This document shows, piece after piece, positions 17,467 through 25,818 of a stretch of DNA of 30,861 nucleotides. The stretch is taken from positions 1 to 30,861 of the forward strand of contig JBEKTQ010000030.1 of the NCBI GenBank assembly GCA_049515895.1, read 5' to 3'. How positions within the stretch are numbered: the stretch's first letter is position 1; every line of letters begins with the position of its first letter. Position numbers and translations under genes: made by a program. This DNA is from Candidatus Bathyarchaeia archaeon. GTDB lineage: Archaea; Thermoproteota; Bathyarchaeia; Bathyarchaeales; Bathycorpusculaceae. The notes beneath the pieces were generated by a model. It was not told where the DNA came from and did no database searches. It saw only the letters and a program-made list of their open reading frames with translations.

Positions 17467-18530
17467 CAGATTCTTGGCACAGGGTCGCCGATTGGTCTTG
17501 CGATTATTCTTTTGCCGCCGACCTCGGTTTGCATCGCGACGCCTTTGAATTGCTTTGTTGCTTCCCCGATTATTTGTGCGTTCTTTCCCTCTTCAGTTTG
17601 TTTCAAGAATCCGAGGGCTTCCTGCGCCTTCTCTTTGACGACGCCGATTATGTATTTGCCCTCGTTCCCGACCTCCAAGGGGTCAAGCCCGAGCATTTCG
17701 CAAGCTGCCTGTACGTCCTTCCGAATTGGAACCTTCTCTTCATGAATTAGTATGCCGACTTTGGATTTTTCGGACCATTCGTTAAGCGCATCAGCTAAGC
17801 CCCCCCGAGTGGGATCTTTAATTGAAACTACGCCGCCCACTTCGCCGAGCAAACGCTGCGTCATACGGTTGAGCGGTCGCACATCAGATTTTATTTCGCT
17901 CCCAAACTTCAAGCCCTGCTGAGCTGAAAGCACCGCCAACCCATGGTCACCAATTGTTCCTGTAAGGATTATTTTGTCGCCCTCAGCTATGTTGGAGTCA
18001 AGCGTCCAACGAGCGGCAATGGCTCGATACTGTCTTGCAACCTTTAGGTCGCTGTCCAGAGCTGGAGTTCTTTTTCCAATCCCCGAAACATTCATGACTA
18101 AACCACCAAGTGCGCCCTTCTCCACAACCTTCGTGTCACCAGTCACAATGCCGACGCCCGCTTCAACGCACGTGTCATGCATGCTTGACAAAATCCGCTC
18201 CAAATCCGCCAAAGGCAAACCCTCCTCCAAAATGAACCCGCAAGCCAACGCATAAGGCATAGCACCCATGGCTGAAATGTCATTAACAGTGCCAGAAATC
18301 GCTAAACGTCCGATGTCGCCGCCAGGGAAAAATATAGGTTTAACCGCGTGAGAATCACTTTTAAAAACGACATCGCCAATAACGGCAGCATCATCCATAG
18401 CTTCCAATGGCACTTCCGCAGCGTTGCCTAAACCGCCAAAATATTTCACAATATAATTTTTTACTAAGTTATGCATGACTGTGCCCCCAGCGCCATGCAG
18501 CATAGTAATTTTCTCATTTTTGGTTGACAT
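17463..18530 (-). CDS. hypE: Carbamoyl dehydratase HypE
   Basis: HGAGG, PIFFPGGDIGRLAISGTVND, TGDTKVV, DPTRGG, C-terminal PRIC; ATG 18530. Confidence 0.98.
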   Translation of the reverse strand: MSTKNEKITMLHGAGGTVMHNLVKNYIVKYFGGLGNAAEVPLEAMDDAAVIGDVVFKSDSHAVKPIFFPGGDIGRLAISGTVNDISAMGAMPYALACGFILEEGLPLADLERILSSMHDTCVEAGVGIVTGDTKVVEKGALGGLVMNVSGIGKRTPALDSDLKVARQYRAIAARWTLDSNIAEGDKIILTGTIGDHGLAVLSAQQGLKFGSEIKSDVRPLNRMTQRLLGEVGGVVSIKDPTRGGLADALNEWSEKSKVGILIHEEKVPIRKDVQAACEMLGLDPLEVGNEGKYIIGVVKEKAQEALGFLKQTEEGKNAQIIGEATKQFKGVAMQTEVGGKRIIARPIGDPVPRIC

Positions 18531-18787
18531 TTTACTTGCTTCCCAATTAACAGATGCAATAGCAAACAAGTAAAACATAAACAAATCGCAGTTTAAGATA
18601 GGTTTTCGCAGTTTTGGATGGTAGCAAGCAGTGTTTTTTCTGTGTTTTTAGTCGGTTGGCCCTTTTTTTGGAAAAACTATAAAAGGTTAAAAGTTATCCA
18701 AAACTTGTACACCTCACAGACGAACTCGCCCTCGTTCAAGGGCTAACTTAAGTAGTCGACTTAGTCGAAAACTTTTGTTTTGATACG

Positions 18788-18801
18788 GAAAGCCATATAA
18801 A
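18788..18801 (+). promoter_or_regulatory. BRE/TATA for the ribosomal protein cluster
   Basis: GAAAGCCATATAAA about 40 bp upstream of rpl22 ATG; SD GGAG at 18829-18832. Confidence 0.55.
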
Positions 18802-18840
18802 TTGCTTTTACGTGTTTGAATGCGCATCGGAGATGTAAAA

Positions 18841-19326
18841 ATGCCAAAATGGGGATACTCGGTAATCGACGAAATGCTTAATCAGGAAAAAACAGCGAAA
18901 GCAAGCGGCAGAGAACTTAAAATATCCCATAAGGCATCCCGTGAGGTTTGCCACGCCATCAAAGGGATGATGTTGACCAATGCGAAGCAATATTTGCGTG
19001 ATGTTCAGGCTAAAAAGAAGTCAATTCCTTACATGAGGTATAACAAGAAACTGCCTCATAGGCACGGGCAAGTAAACAGTTTTTCTGGAAGATACCCCAT
19101 TAAAGCATGCGGTCTAATCCTGAATGTTTTGCAGTCTGCTCAGGCGAACGCGGAAAACAAGAGTTTAGATGTTGACCGTTTACGCATAATTCACGCGGCA
19201 GCCTATCAGGGCATCAAACTTAAACGGTACAAGCCACGAGCACAGGGAACGTCTTCGCCGAAATTTGACACAACGACGCACATCGAAATAGTGCTTGATG
19301 AAAAACCCACCTCAGGAGAAAAATAA
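18841..19326 (+). CDS. rpl22: 50S ribosomal protein L22 (uL22)
   Basis: GRELKISHK..REVC..IKGM, GRYPIKA, ANAENKSLD, HIEIVL; ATG 18841. Confidence 0.97.
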   Translation: MPKWGYSVIDEMLNQEKTAKASGRELKISHKASREVCHAIKGMMLTNAKQYLRDVQAKKKSIPYMRYNKKLPHRHGQVNSFSGRYPIKACGLILNVLQSAQANAENKSLDVDRLRIIHAAAYQGIKLKRYKPRAQGTSSPKFDTTTHIEIVLDEKPTSGEK

Positions 19327-20073
19327 ATGAGTATAGTCAAACGTTTCATCACTGAATCAATCAAAAAAACGGAAATTGATGAATTTTTACAGAAAAAGCT
19401 TGACCGAGCTGGATACGGCGGAGTAAACATTTCTAAAACCCCGCTTGGAACCCACGTGGTTATCTACGCGATGCGTCCAGGCTTAGTCATAGGTAGAGGC
19501 GGAGAAACAATAAAAGACCTTGCTTCTTCGCTGGAACAAAACTTTAAAGTTGCTAACCCTCAAATTTCAGTTTCTGAAATTGAGGTCCCTGAATTCAACG
19601 CCTACGTTATCGCATCACGTGTTGCCTCAGCACTTCAACGCGGTGTTCACTTTAGGCGTGCTGGTTTTTGGGCGCTCAACCAGGTTATGGAAGCAGGCGC
19701 ACTTGGCGCTGAAATAGTCATAAGTGGAAAACTCACGACTGAACGGGCACGCTTCGAAAAGTTCCGTGCTGGCTATTTCCCGAGATGTGGAGAACCTGCG
19801 CTTGTTGCAATGAAAAAAGCCGAAGCTCACGTACAACTTAAACCAGGCATCATCGGCGTGAGAGTAAAGATCATGCCACCGGACGCATATTTCCCTGATA
19901 GAATCAAGATCATAGAGGCTGCGCCACCCGAGGAAGTTATGGCAACTGCAGAGCAAGCCCAAGCACTGCCAGCAGAATCGCAAACTGAACGCGAAGAAAA
20001 GATTGCCGAAGAGCCAACTGTGCAAGCAAAGGAAGTTCAGGATGAACCGAAGCGTAGGGAGGCAAAAGAGTAA
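19327..20073 (+). CDS. rps3: 30S ribosomal protein S3 (uS3), acidic C-terminal tail
   Basis: RAGYGG, RPGLVIGRGG KH motif, GAEIVISGKL, GIIGVRVKIMPP. Confidence 0.98.
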   Translation: MSIVKRFITESIKKTEIDEFLQKKLDRAGYGGVNISKTPLGTHVVIYAMRPGLVIGRGGETIKDLASSLEQNFKVANPQISVSEIEVPEFNAYVIASRVASALQRGVHFRRAGFWALNQVMEAGALGAEIVISGKLTTERARFEKFRAGYFPRCGEPALVAMKKAEAHVQLKPGIIGVRVKIMPPDAYFPDRIKIIEAAPPEEVMATAEQAQALPAESQTEREEKIAEEPTVQAKEVQDEPKRREAKE

Positions 20074-20378
20074 TGGCGATCATTCGTCTCAAAGAAATCC
20101 AAGGTATGTCTTCTGAGGATAGATCGAAGAAACTTATTGATTTGCGTGCTGAACTAGCCCGCATTAAAACAATGGTGAAGGCTGGTGGCGCCGTTGAGAA
20201 TCCCACGAAAGTAAGAGAGATTCGGAAAACAATCGCTCAAATACTCACAGTGGACAATGAAATCAAACTCGGTATCCGAAAGGGCTCCGAGAAAGAAGTG
20301 GAACAGCCGAAGAAAAAAGCTGAAACGGCTGAGAAGAAGCCTAAGACTAAGAAAAAAATTGAGGAGACCGAGGCTTAA
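20073..20378 (+). CDS. rpl29: 50S ribosomal protein L29 (uL29), Lys/Glu-rich tail
   Basis: LRAELAR...GGAVENPTKVREIRKTIAQILT. Confidence 0.96.
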   Translation: MAIIRLKEIQGMSSEDRSKKLIDLRAELARIKTMVKAGGAVENPTKVREIRKTIAQILTVDNEIKLGIRKGSEKEVEQPKKKAETAEKKPKTKKKIEETEA

Positions 20379-20659
20379 TGAAAGTGACCCCGGACATTAT
20401 CAGGTACGAATTTATTGGGCTTGAAGGCAAAGTTGCCAAAAGCCCACATGAAGATTACGTCGGCATCAGCGGCAAAGTAATTGGGGAAACAAGAAACACA
20501 TTCACCTTCCTGGGTGAAGGTCAAAGGCGAAACGTAATCAAGGAATCAGCCATCTTCAACTTCAAGTTTGACGATGGCACAATAGTACAAATTGACGGTA
20601 AACTTTTGGTCGGCAGGACGGAGGACCGACTTAAAAAAAGCATTAAGAGGTTATGGTAA
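20378..20659 (+). CDS. rnp1: Ribonuclease P protein component 1 (Rpp29/Pop4)
   Basis: EFIGLE, GISGKVIGETRNT, IDGKLLVGRTEDRLKK; conserved position in the cluster. Confidence 0.94.
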   Translation: MKVTPDIIRYEFIGLEGKVAKSPHEDYVGISGKVIGETRNTFTFLGEGQRRNVIKESAIFNFKFDDGTIVQIDGKLLVGRTEDRLKKSIKRLW

Positions 20660-20979
20660 TGTCAATGACTTTTAAACAACCTAAAAAAACATGTGACGAC
20701 CGAAACTGTCCATTCCATGGAACTCTTGCTATAAGAGGACGTGTACTTGACGGCATAGTTCACACTGCAAAAATGGATAAAACTGTCATAGTTGATAGAA
20801 AGTTCTTGCAATTCGCGTCAAAATTCCAAAGGTATGAACGAAGGCATGGTCACATCGCATCACACAATCCACCTTGTATTGACGTCAAGGAAGGAGATCG
20901 AGTAAGAATCGCTGAGTGCAGACCGATCAGCAAAACGGTTTCGTTTGTTGTTGTCGAAAAGTTAGAGGAGGAAAAGTAG
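20659..20979 (+). CDS. rps17: 30S ribosomal protein S17 (uS17)
   Basis: CDDRNCPFHG..IRGR, KMDKTVIV, ECRPISKTVSF; ATG overlaps rnp1 TAA. Confidence 0.97.
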   Translation: MSMTFKQPKKTCDDRNCPFHGTLAIRGRVLDGIVHTAKMDKTVIVDRKFLQFASKFQRYERRHGHIASHNPPCIDVKEGDRVRIAECRPISKTVSFVVVEKLEEEK

Positions 20980-20980
20980 A

Positions 20981-21421
20981 ATGGCTGCAAAAGCGAAACA
21001 AAGAGCACTTGTCGCAAAAGGAATGCTTTCTCACGGAAACAAAATCAGCCGTGGTCTATTGTCAGGTTCAGAGCTGCGATGCGCCGATAACACCGGCGCA
21101 CGTGTCCTGCGTTTGATCCAGGCAATGGGCTATAAAGGCAGACTTCGACGTTACCCGTCAGCCACTGTAGGCGACAAAGTCACAGTGTCAGTTAGGCAAG
21201 GATCGCCAGACATGAGAAAAAAGATTTTCCAAGCAGTGGTTGTCCGTCAAAGGAAAACTTTCAGACGCGTAGATGGCGTTTGGGTACAATTTGAAGATAA
21301 CGCAGCGGTAATCATCACTCCTGAAGGCGAAATGAAAGGTTCAGAAATAAGAGGTCCAGTAGCGAGAGAGGCAGCTGAAAGATGGCCAAGAATCGCAAGT
21401 GCCTCAAGCATTATCGTATAG
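20981..21421 (+). CDS. rpl14: 50S ribosomal protein L14 (uL14)
   Basis: CADNTGAR, AVVVRQRK, FEDNAAVI, KGSEIRGPVAREAAERWP. Confidence 0.98.
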   Translation: MAAKAKQRALVAKGMLSHGNKISRGLLSGSELRCADNTGARVLRLIQAMGYKGRLRRYPSATVGDKVTVSVRQGSPDMRKKIFQAVVVRQRKTFRRVDGVWVQFEDNAAVIITPEGEMKGSEIRGPVAREAAERWPRIASASSIIV

Positions 21422-21431
21422 GTGCAAGATT

Positions 21432-22298
21432 ATGCAGAAGACAAAACGTGTAAAGAATCCGGGCAAACAGCGAAAGAGGCTTTTCAACGCTCCTGCCCAC
21501 ATTCGCCACAAGCTCATGTCAGCTCCGCTTTCAAGCGAGCTTGCTGCTTCAAGGGGGTCCAAGACCCTTCCAGTCAGAAAAGGCGACACAGTTCGCATAA
21601 TGCGCGGCGACAACAAGGGCTTCGAAGGCAAAGTTTCACGAGTCGCCCTGAACGAATACCGAATTTACATGGAAGGATTGACACGGGAAAAAGTGGATGG
21701 CACAAACATTTTCCTTCCGATCCATCCGTCTAAAGTTCAGATAAGGAACCTCAACCTAGACGACAAGTGGCGGAAAGACATTCTTGCCAGAAAGAAAGAA
21801 ATAGAAAAGGCTGAGAAAGAAGAAAAGCCGAAAGCCGTGCCAAAGGAAGCCAAAGAAGCTCCTGCGAAAGCAGGGAAAAAGGTCAAGGAAGTCGAAGAAG
21901 AAAAACCTGCAGAAGCGTTACCCGTCAAAGAAGAAGCCCTGCCTGAAACTGCAATAGAAGAAGCTCCCGCCGAAAAAGCCCTAGAAGTTGAGGAAGAACC
22001 CGAGAAGACTCCAGCGGCGAAGAAACCGCGAGCAAAGAAACCTGCTGCGACAAAGTCCGCCAAGAAAATCGCCGCTAGAAAAGAAGAAGTTCCAGAGGAA
22101 AAGGTAGCGAAAAAAGAAGAAGGCGCTCAAGCAGTGAAAGAGAAGGTGCCTGCTAAGAAAGCAGCTAAGCCGAAGCCGGCAGCAATGAAAACAGCTGAAC
22201 CAACAGAAGCACCTGCCGAAAAGGCGGCGGCTGAGAAAAAGACGGCCAAACCGCGTGCTAAACGTAAAGCTTCTAAAGAAGTTGGAGGAGGACAATAA
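21432..22298 (+). CDS. rpl24: 50S ribosomal protein L24 (uL24/L26e-type) with about 165-aa Lys/Glu/Ala/Pro-rich tail
   Basis: PGKQRKRLFNAPAH, PVRKGDTVRIMRGD (KOW), PIHPSKV; ATG 21432. Confidence 0.96.
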   Translation: MQKTKRVKNPGKQRKRLFNAPAHIRHKLMSAPLSSELAASRGSKTLPVRKGDTVRIMRGDNKGFEGKVSRVALNEYRIYMEGLTREKVDGTNIFLPIHPSKVQIRNLNLDDKWRKDILARKKEIEKAEKEEKPKAVPKEAKEAPAKAGKKVKEVEEEKPAEALPVKEEALPETAIEEAPAEKALEVEEEPEKTPAAKKPRAKKPAATKSAKKIAARKEEVPEEKVAKKEEGAQAVKEKVPAKKAAKPKPAAMKTAEPTEAPAEKAAAEKKTAKPRAKRKASKEVGGGQ

Positions 22299-22300
22299 TT

Positions 22301-23065
22301 TTGGGTAAAAAAGGAAAAACAGCAAGATTGAAACGTAAGCCAGCTCCAAAATTCTGGCCAATTCACAGGAAAGAAAAGCCATGGATACTAAAGCCCTCAT
22401 CCGGTTCACATTCACTCCAAAGTTGCTTACCTTTAACGCTTGTTCTACGGGACATTCTGGGCGTTGCACAGACACGCAAGGAAGCCAAAATGATCCTGTC
22501 GGAAGGCAAAGTGCTGGTCGACGGGAAAATCCGGCGGAAAGACGATTTCCCAGTTGGCTTGATGGATGTTATATCAATGCCTGACGCAGACAAGTATTAT
22601 CGGGTAATGCCGTCTCACAAAGGGCTTGTTTTGAATCCAATCAGCAAGGAAGAAGCAAACTTTAAGCTGCTTCGCGTTGAGGACAAGACAACTGTTAAAA
22701 ACGGCGTTCAAATCGCGTTGCATGATGGGTCAAATATGCTTGTGAAGCTTGCGGATCCCAAGAAGTCCAACGAAGTTGCTTATGAAACATTTGACATTCT
22801 AAAGGTTACTTATCCAGAGAAACAAGTTGCGTCTCTGTTGAAGACAAAGGAAGGAAACTTTGCTGTGATTACCGGCGGAAAAAATATCGGTAAAAACGGC
22901 AAAATCGTTGAAATAGAAAAAACTGAAGCAAAAAAGAGGCGTCAGGCGCTAGTGGTCGTTGAAGACGCGAAAGGTGTTCGCTACCAAACAATCATGGACT
23001 TTATCTTCTCAATAGGCGAAACTGAACCCCTCATTGGCTTGGCGGAGGTAAACGCAGTTGTCTGA
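22301..23065 (+). CDS. rps4e: 30S ribosomal protein S4e (eS4)
   Basis: LKRKPAPKFWPIHRK, VDGKIR..DFPVGLMDVIS, ITGGKNIG; TTG start. Confidence 0.98.
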   Translation: MGKKGKTARLKRKPAPKFWPIHRKEKPWILKPSSGSHSLQSCLPLTLVLRDILGVAQTRKEAKMILSEGKVLVDGKIRRKDDFPVGLMDVISMPDADKYYRVMPSHKGLVLNPISKEEANFKLLRVEDKTTVKNGVQIALHDGSNMLVKLADPKKSNEVAYETFDILKVTYPEKQVASLLKTKEGNFAVITGGKNIGKNGKIVEIEKTEAKKRRQALVVVEDAKGVRYQTIMDFIFSIGETEPLIGLAEVNAVV

Positions 23066-23597
23066 GGAAGCAGTGGTTAAGAATTGGGAAGAACATCCGA
23101 TGCTTAGACCACGCATCGAAAAAGTTGTGGTGAACCTTAACGTTGGGAAATCAGGCGAGCCTCTCGAAAAAGCTAACAAAGTGCTCAAAGAAATCACCGG
23201 TCAGACTCCTGTTAAGAAAAAAGCGAAGAAAACCATAAGGGACTTTGGCATACGCGAGGGCGAATCAATCGCGGTTGTCGTAACTTTACGAAAGCAAGCT
23301 GCAATCAATTTCCTCAAGAAAGTGTTACCTGTCGTTGACAACAAAGTCTCCAAAACAGCCTTTGATCTGCGAGGTAACTTCGCCTTCGGCCTTAAAGAGC
23401 ACATCGAAATTCCAGGAGTAAAATATGACCCTGAAATCGGAATCTTCGGCATGGACATTTGTGTAACGGTTAACCGTCCCGGTCAACGGGTAAAGATTCG
23501 AAGGAAACAAAAGCAGTCAATCGGCACAAGCCACATGCTAACACCCGAGGAATCAATTGTCTTCATCAGACAAACATTAGGAGTAGAAATCGTATAG
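23058..23597 (+). CDS. rpl5: 50S ribosomal protein L5 (uL5)
   Basis: [44 protein letters not shown]; TTG start. Confidence 0.98.
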   Translation: MSEEAVVKNWEEHPMLRPRIEKVVVNLNVGKSGEPLEKANKVLKEITGQTPVKKKAKKTIRDFGIREGESIAVVVTLRKQAAINFLKKVLPVVDNKVSKTAFDLRGNFAFGLKEHIEIPGVKYDPEIGIFGMDICVTVNRPGQRVKIRRKQKQSIGTSHMLTPEESIVFIRQTLGVEIV

Positions 23598-23614
23598 GAA
23601 CAGAGGATGAATGT

Positions 23615-23779
23615 ATGGGAAAACAGCAAGTTAAGAAAGTGCGAAAATACGGTAAAGGTTCAAGACCCTGCGTTAGATGCGGCTCGTATGGACCGGTTAT
23701 TCGACGGTACAATTTATATTTATGTAGGCACTGTTTCAGGGAGGCAGCCCCGAAACTTGGTTTCAAAAAATATGAGTAG
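23615..23779 (+). CDS. rps14: 30S ribosomal protein S14 (uS14, zinc-binding type); not in the ORF track
   Basis: Translated by hand: [54 protein letters not shown] (54 aa). Confidence 0.97.
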   Translation: MGKQQVKKVRKYGKGSRPCVRCGSYGPVIRRYNLYLCRHCFREAAPKLGFKKYE

Positions 23780-23790
23780 GAGCTAAAAAT

Positions 23791-24174
23791 ATGGATACTT
23801 TAACGAATGGTTTGATAACCATCATAAACAACGAGATGCGAAACAAGCGTGAGTGCATAATTAGCCCTGCTTCCAAGCTTTTAGGGCGAGTCCTGCGTAT
23901 AATGCAGCTGAACGGCTACATAGGCGAATTCGAATTTATCGACGATGGGCGCTCTGGAAAATTCAAGGTTCAACTGCTTGGCAGAATAAACAAGTGTGGA
24001 CCAATCAAGCCACGTTACCCTGCCAAAGTAGGCGAATTTGAAGATTGGGAAAAGAAGTACTTGCCATCCAGAGACGTCGGAATAATGGTTGTTTCCACTT
24101 CCAAAGGCGTAATAGCCCACAGGGATGCTGAAGAAAAGAATCTTGGAGGAAGGCTGCTGGCCTTCGTGTACTGA
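23791..24174 (+). CDS. rps8: 30S ribosomal protein S8 (uS8)
   Basis: [35 protein letters not shown]. Confidence 0.98.
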   Translation: MDTLTNGLITIINNEMRNKRECIISPASKLLGRVLRIMQLNGYIGEFEFIDDGRSGKFKVQLLGRINKCGPIKPRYPAKVGEFEDWEKKYLPSRDVGIMVVSTSKGVIAHRDAEEKNLGGRLLAFVY

Positions 24175-24187
24175 GAGGTCATAATTC

Positions 24188-24733
24188 ATGCGGCTTCCAG
24201 AAATATCCAAAACCATTCAAGTTCCCGATAACGTAGACGTCCAGATGGACGGCAAAAAGATAAGCTTCAAGGGCGATAAAGGATCTTTAACACGAGACTT
24301 CTCCTTTGCTCCAATCGCAATAGAGGGCGAAGGCAAAACCATCCGCGTCTGGGCAAAGTGGCCACGCAAGAAGGAAGCTGCTCTTGTAGGAACAATATAC
24401 TCGCACATCCAAAACATGATAACAGGAGTAACAAAAGGCTACTCATATAAGTTGAAAATCGTTTTCTCCCACTTTCCAATCTCAGTGAAACTCCAAGGCA
24501 AAACCATTCTGATCGAAAACTTCACCGGCGAAAGAAGAGAACGCAGAGTAAAAACCCTAGGCGACGTCAAAATCAAGATCGAACCTGACGACATTATTGT
24601 TGAAGGCGTAAACTTAGAAGACGTAAGCCAAACCGCCGCCAACATTGAGCAAGCTACCCGAGTAAGGCGAAAAGACCCAAGAGTTTTCCTTGACGGCATA
24701 TACGTTTATGAAAGAAACGAGGGAGTTGCTTAA
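24188..24733 (+). CDS. rpl6: 50S ribosomal protein L6 (uL6)
   Basis: NMITGVTKGY, HFPISV, IENFTGER, KDPRVFLDGIYV. Confidence 0.98.
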   Translation: MRLPEISKTIQVPDNVDVQMDGKKISFKGDKGSLTRDFSFAPIAIEGEGKTIRVWAKWPRKKEAALVGTIYSHIQNMITGVTKGYSYKLKIVFSHFPISVKLQGKTILIENFTGERRERRVKTLGDVKIKIEPDDIIVEGVNLEDVSQTAANIEQATRVRRKDPRVFLDGIYVYERNEGVA

Positions 24734-25365
24734 TGGTCGCTGAAAAAACCGAAAAGAAACCTAAGCTTTCACGAGAAGCTCTCAGACTTAGGGCTCGCAC
24801 ACGAAACAAGAAACCCGCGTTCGTGAGAGCAGAGAGCTGGAAATACGACAGATTCAGTTTAAGCTGGCGAAGACCCCGAGGATTAGATAACAAAATCCGT
24901 AGAAAAATCAAGGGTTGGCCACCGGGTTCATGCACCGGCTATAAAGGTCCGAAAATCGCCAGTGGCCTGCATCCTTCAGGCTACAGGGAAGTTATAGTTT
25001 ACAACGTTAATGATTTATCCAAGGTCGACCCCAAAACTCAAGCTGCGCGCATAGCCCATACTGTGGGCAAAAGAAAACGTGCCTCGATCATCGCGGAAGC
25101 CAAGGAACTTAACATCAAAATCTTAAACGTCAAAGTTTCAGCAGCGGTTGAAAAGAAAGAAGGCGAAGAAGAAGCTGAAGGCGAAGAGACGGGGCAGACT
25201 GAAATAGCGGAAACAGAAGCTGAAAAGGAAGAAGCCCATGAGGGCGAAGAGCAAGCAGAGGAAACGGAAGAAGAAGCTGAAGAAGAAAAGCCCAAAAAAG
25301 GCAAGAAACCAAGGAAATCCAAGTCTAAGCAAGAACTGGAAAAAGAAGGAGAAAAAGAACAATGA
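24733..25365 (+). CDS. rpl32e: 50S ribosomal protein L32e with about 75-aa acidic tail
   Basis: KPAFVR, WRRPRGLDNKIR, GLHPSGY, RIAHTVGKRKR. Confidence 0.97.
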   Translation: MVAEKTEKKPKLSREALRLRARTRNKKPAFVRAESWKYDRFSLSWRRPRGLDNKIRRKIKGWPPGSCTGYKGPKIASGLHPSGYREVIVYNVNDLSKVDPKTQAARIAHTVGKRKRASIIAEAKELNIKILNVKVSAAVEKKEGEEEAEGEETGQTEIAETEAEKEEAHEGEEQAEETEEEAEEEKPKKGKKPRKSKSKQELEKEGEKEQ

Positions 25366-25817
25366 CCAACCTAACTAGTCAGCGGCGTTTAGCAGCTCAA
25401 ATCTTAAAGATTGGGCAAAACCGCGTATGGATTAACCCTGAATTCATGGATGATGTTGAAAGCGCAATAACACGCGAGGAAGTTAGAAAGCTGATCCATG
25501 AGAGAGTTATTGTTTCTATGCCTGAGAATGGCGTAAGCAGGTCAAGGGCTAAAGTCATAAGATCAAAAAAAGCAAAAGGTAGACGAAGTGGACCCGGCAG
25601 CATAACTGGAGCTGGCTACGCAAAAGTTACTAAGAAAGAGGCTTGGATGATAAGGATTCGGTCTCTTAGACGTAAGCTTCGCGAGTTAAAGGCAAGCAGG
25701 ACAATAACAGAAGACACGTACAGCCAATATTACAGGATGGCTGGCAGCGGGAGATTCCAGTCAATAGCTGAACTAGAGCGCAATTTAAAAGCTAACGATT
25801 TGTGGAGGAAACGTTAA
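25362..25817 (+). CDS. rpl19e: 50S ribosomal protein L19e
   Basis: QRRLAAQILKIG.NRVWI, AITREEVRKLI, GRRSGPGS, WMIRIRSLR. Confidence 0.98.
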   Translation: MTNLTSQRRLAAQILKIGQNRVWINPEFMDDVESAITREEVRKLIHERVIVSMPENGVSRSRAKVIRSKKAKGRRSGPGSITGAGYAKVTKKEAWMIRIRSLRRKLRELKASRTITEDTYSQYYRMAGSGRFQSIAELERNLKANDLWRKR

Positions 25818-25818
25818 T

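Noticed and set aside
18531-18584. N-terminal extension of HypE in the ORF track
   Set aside because: Homology begins near MSTKNEKITMLHGAGG; the upstream part is promoter DNA.
21737-25362. Antisense Phe/Ser/Leu-rich ORFs opposite rpl24 and rpl32e
   Set aside because: Shadow frames produced by GAA/AAA-rich tails on the coding strand.
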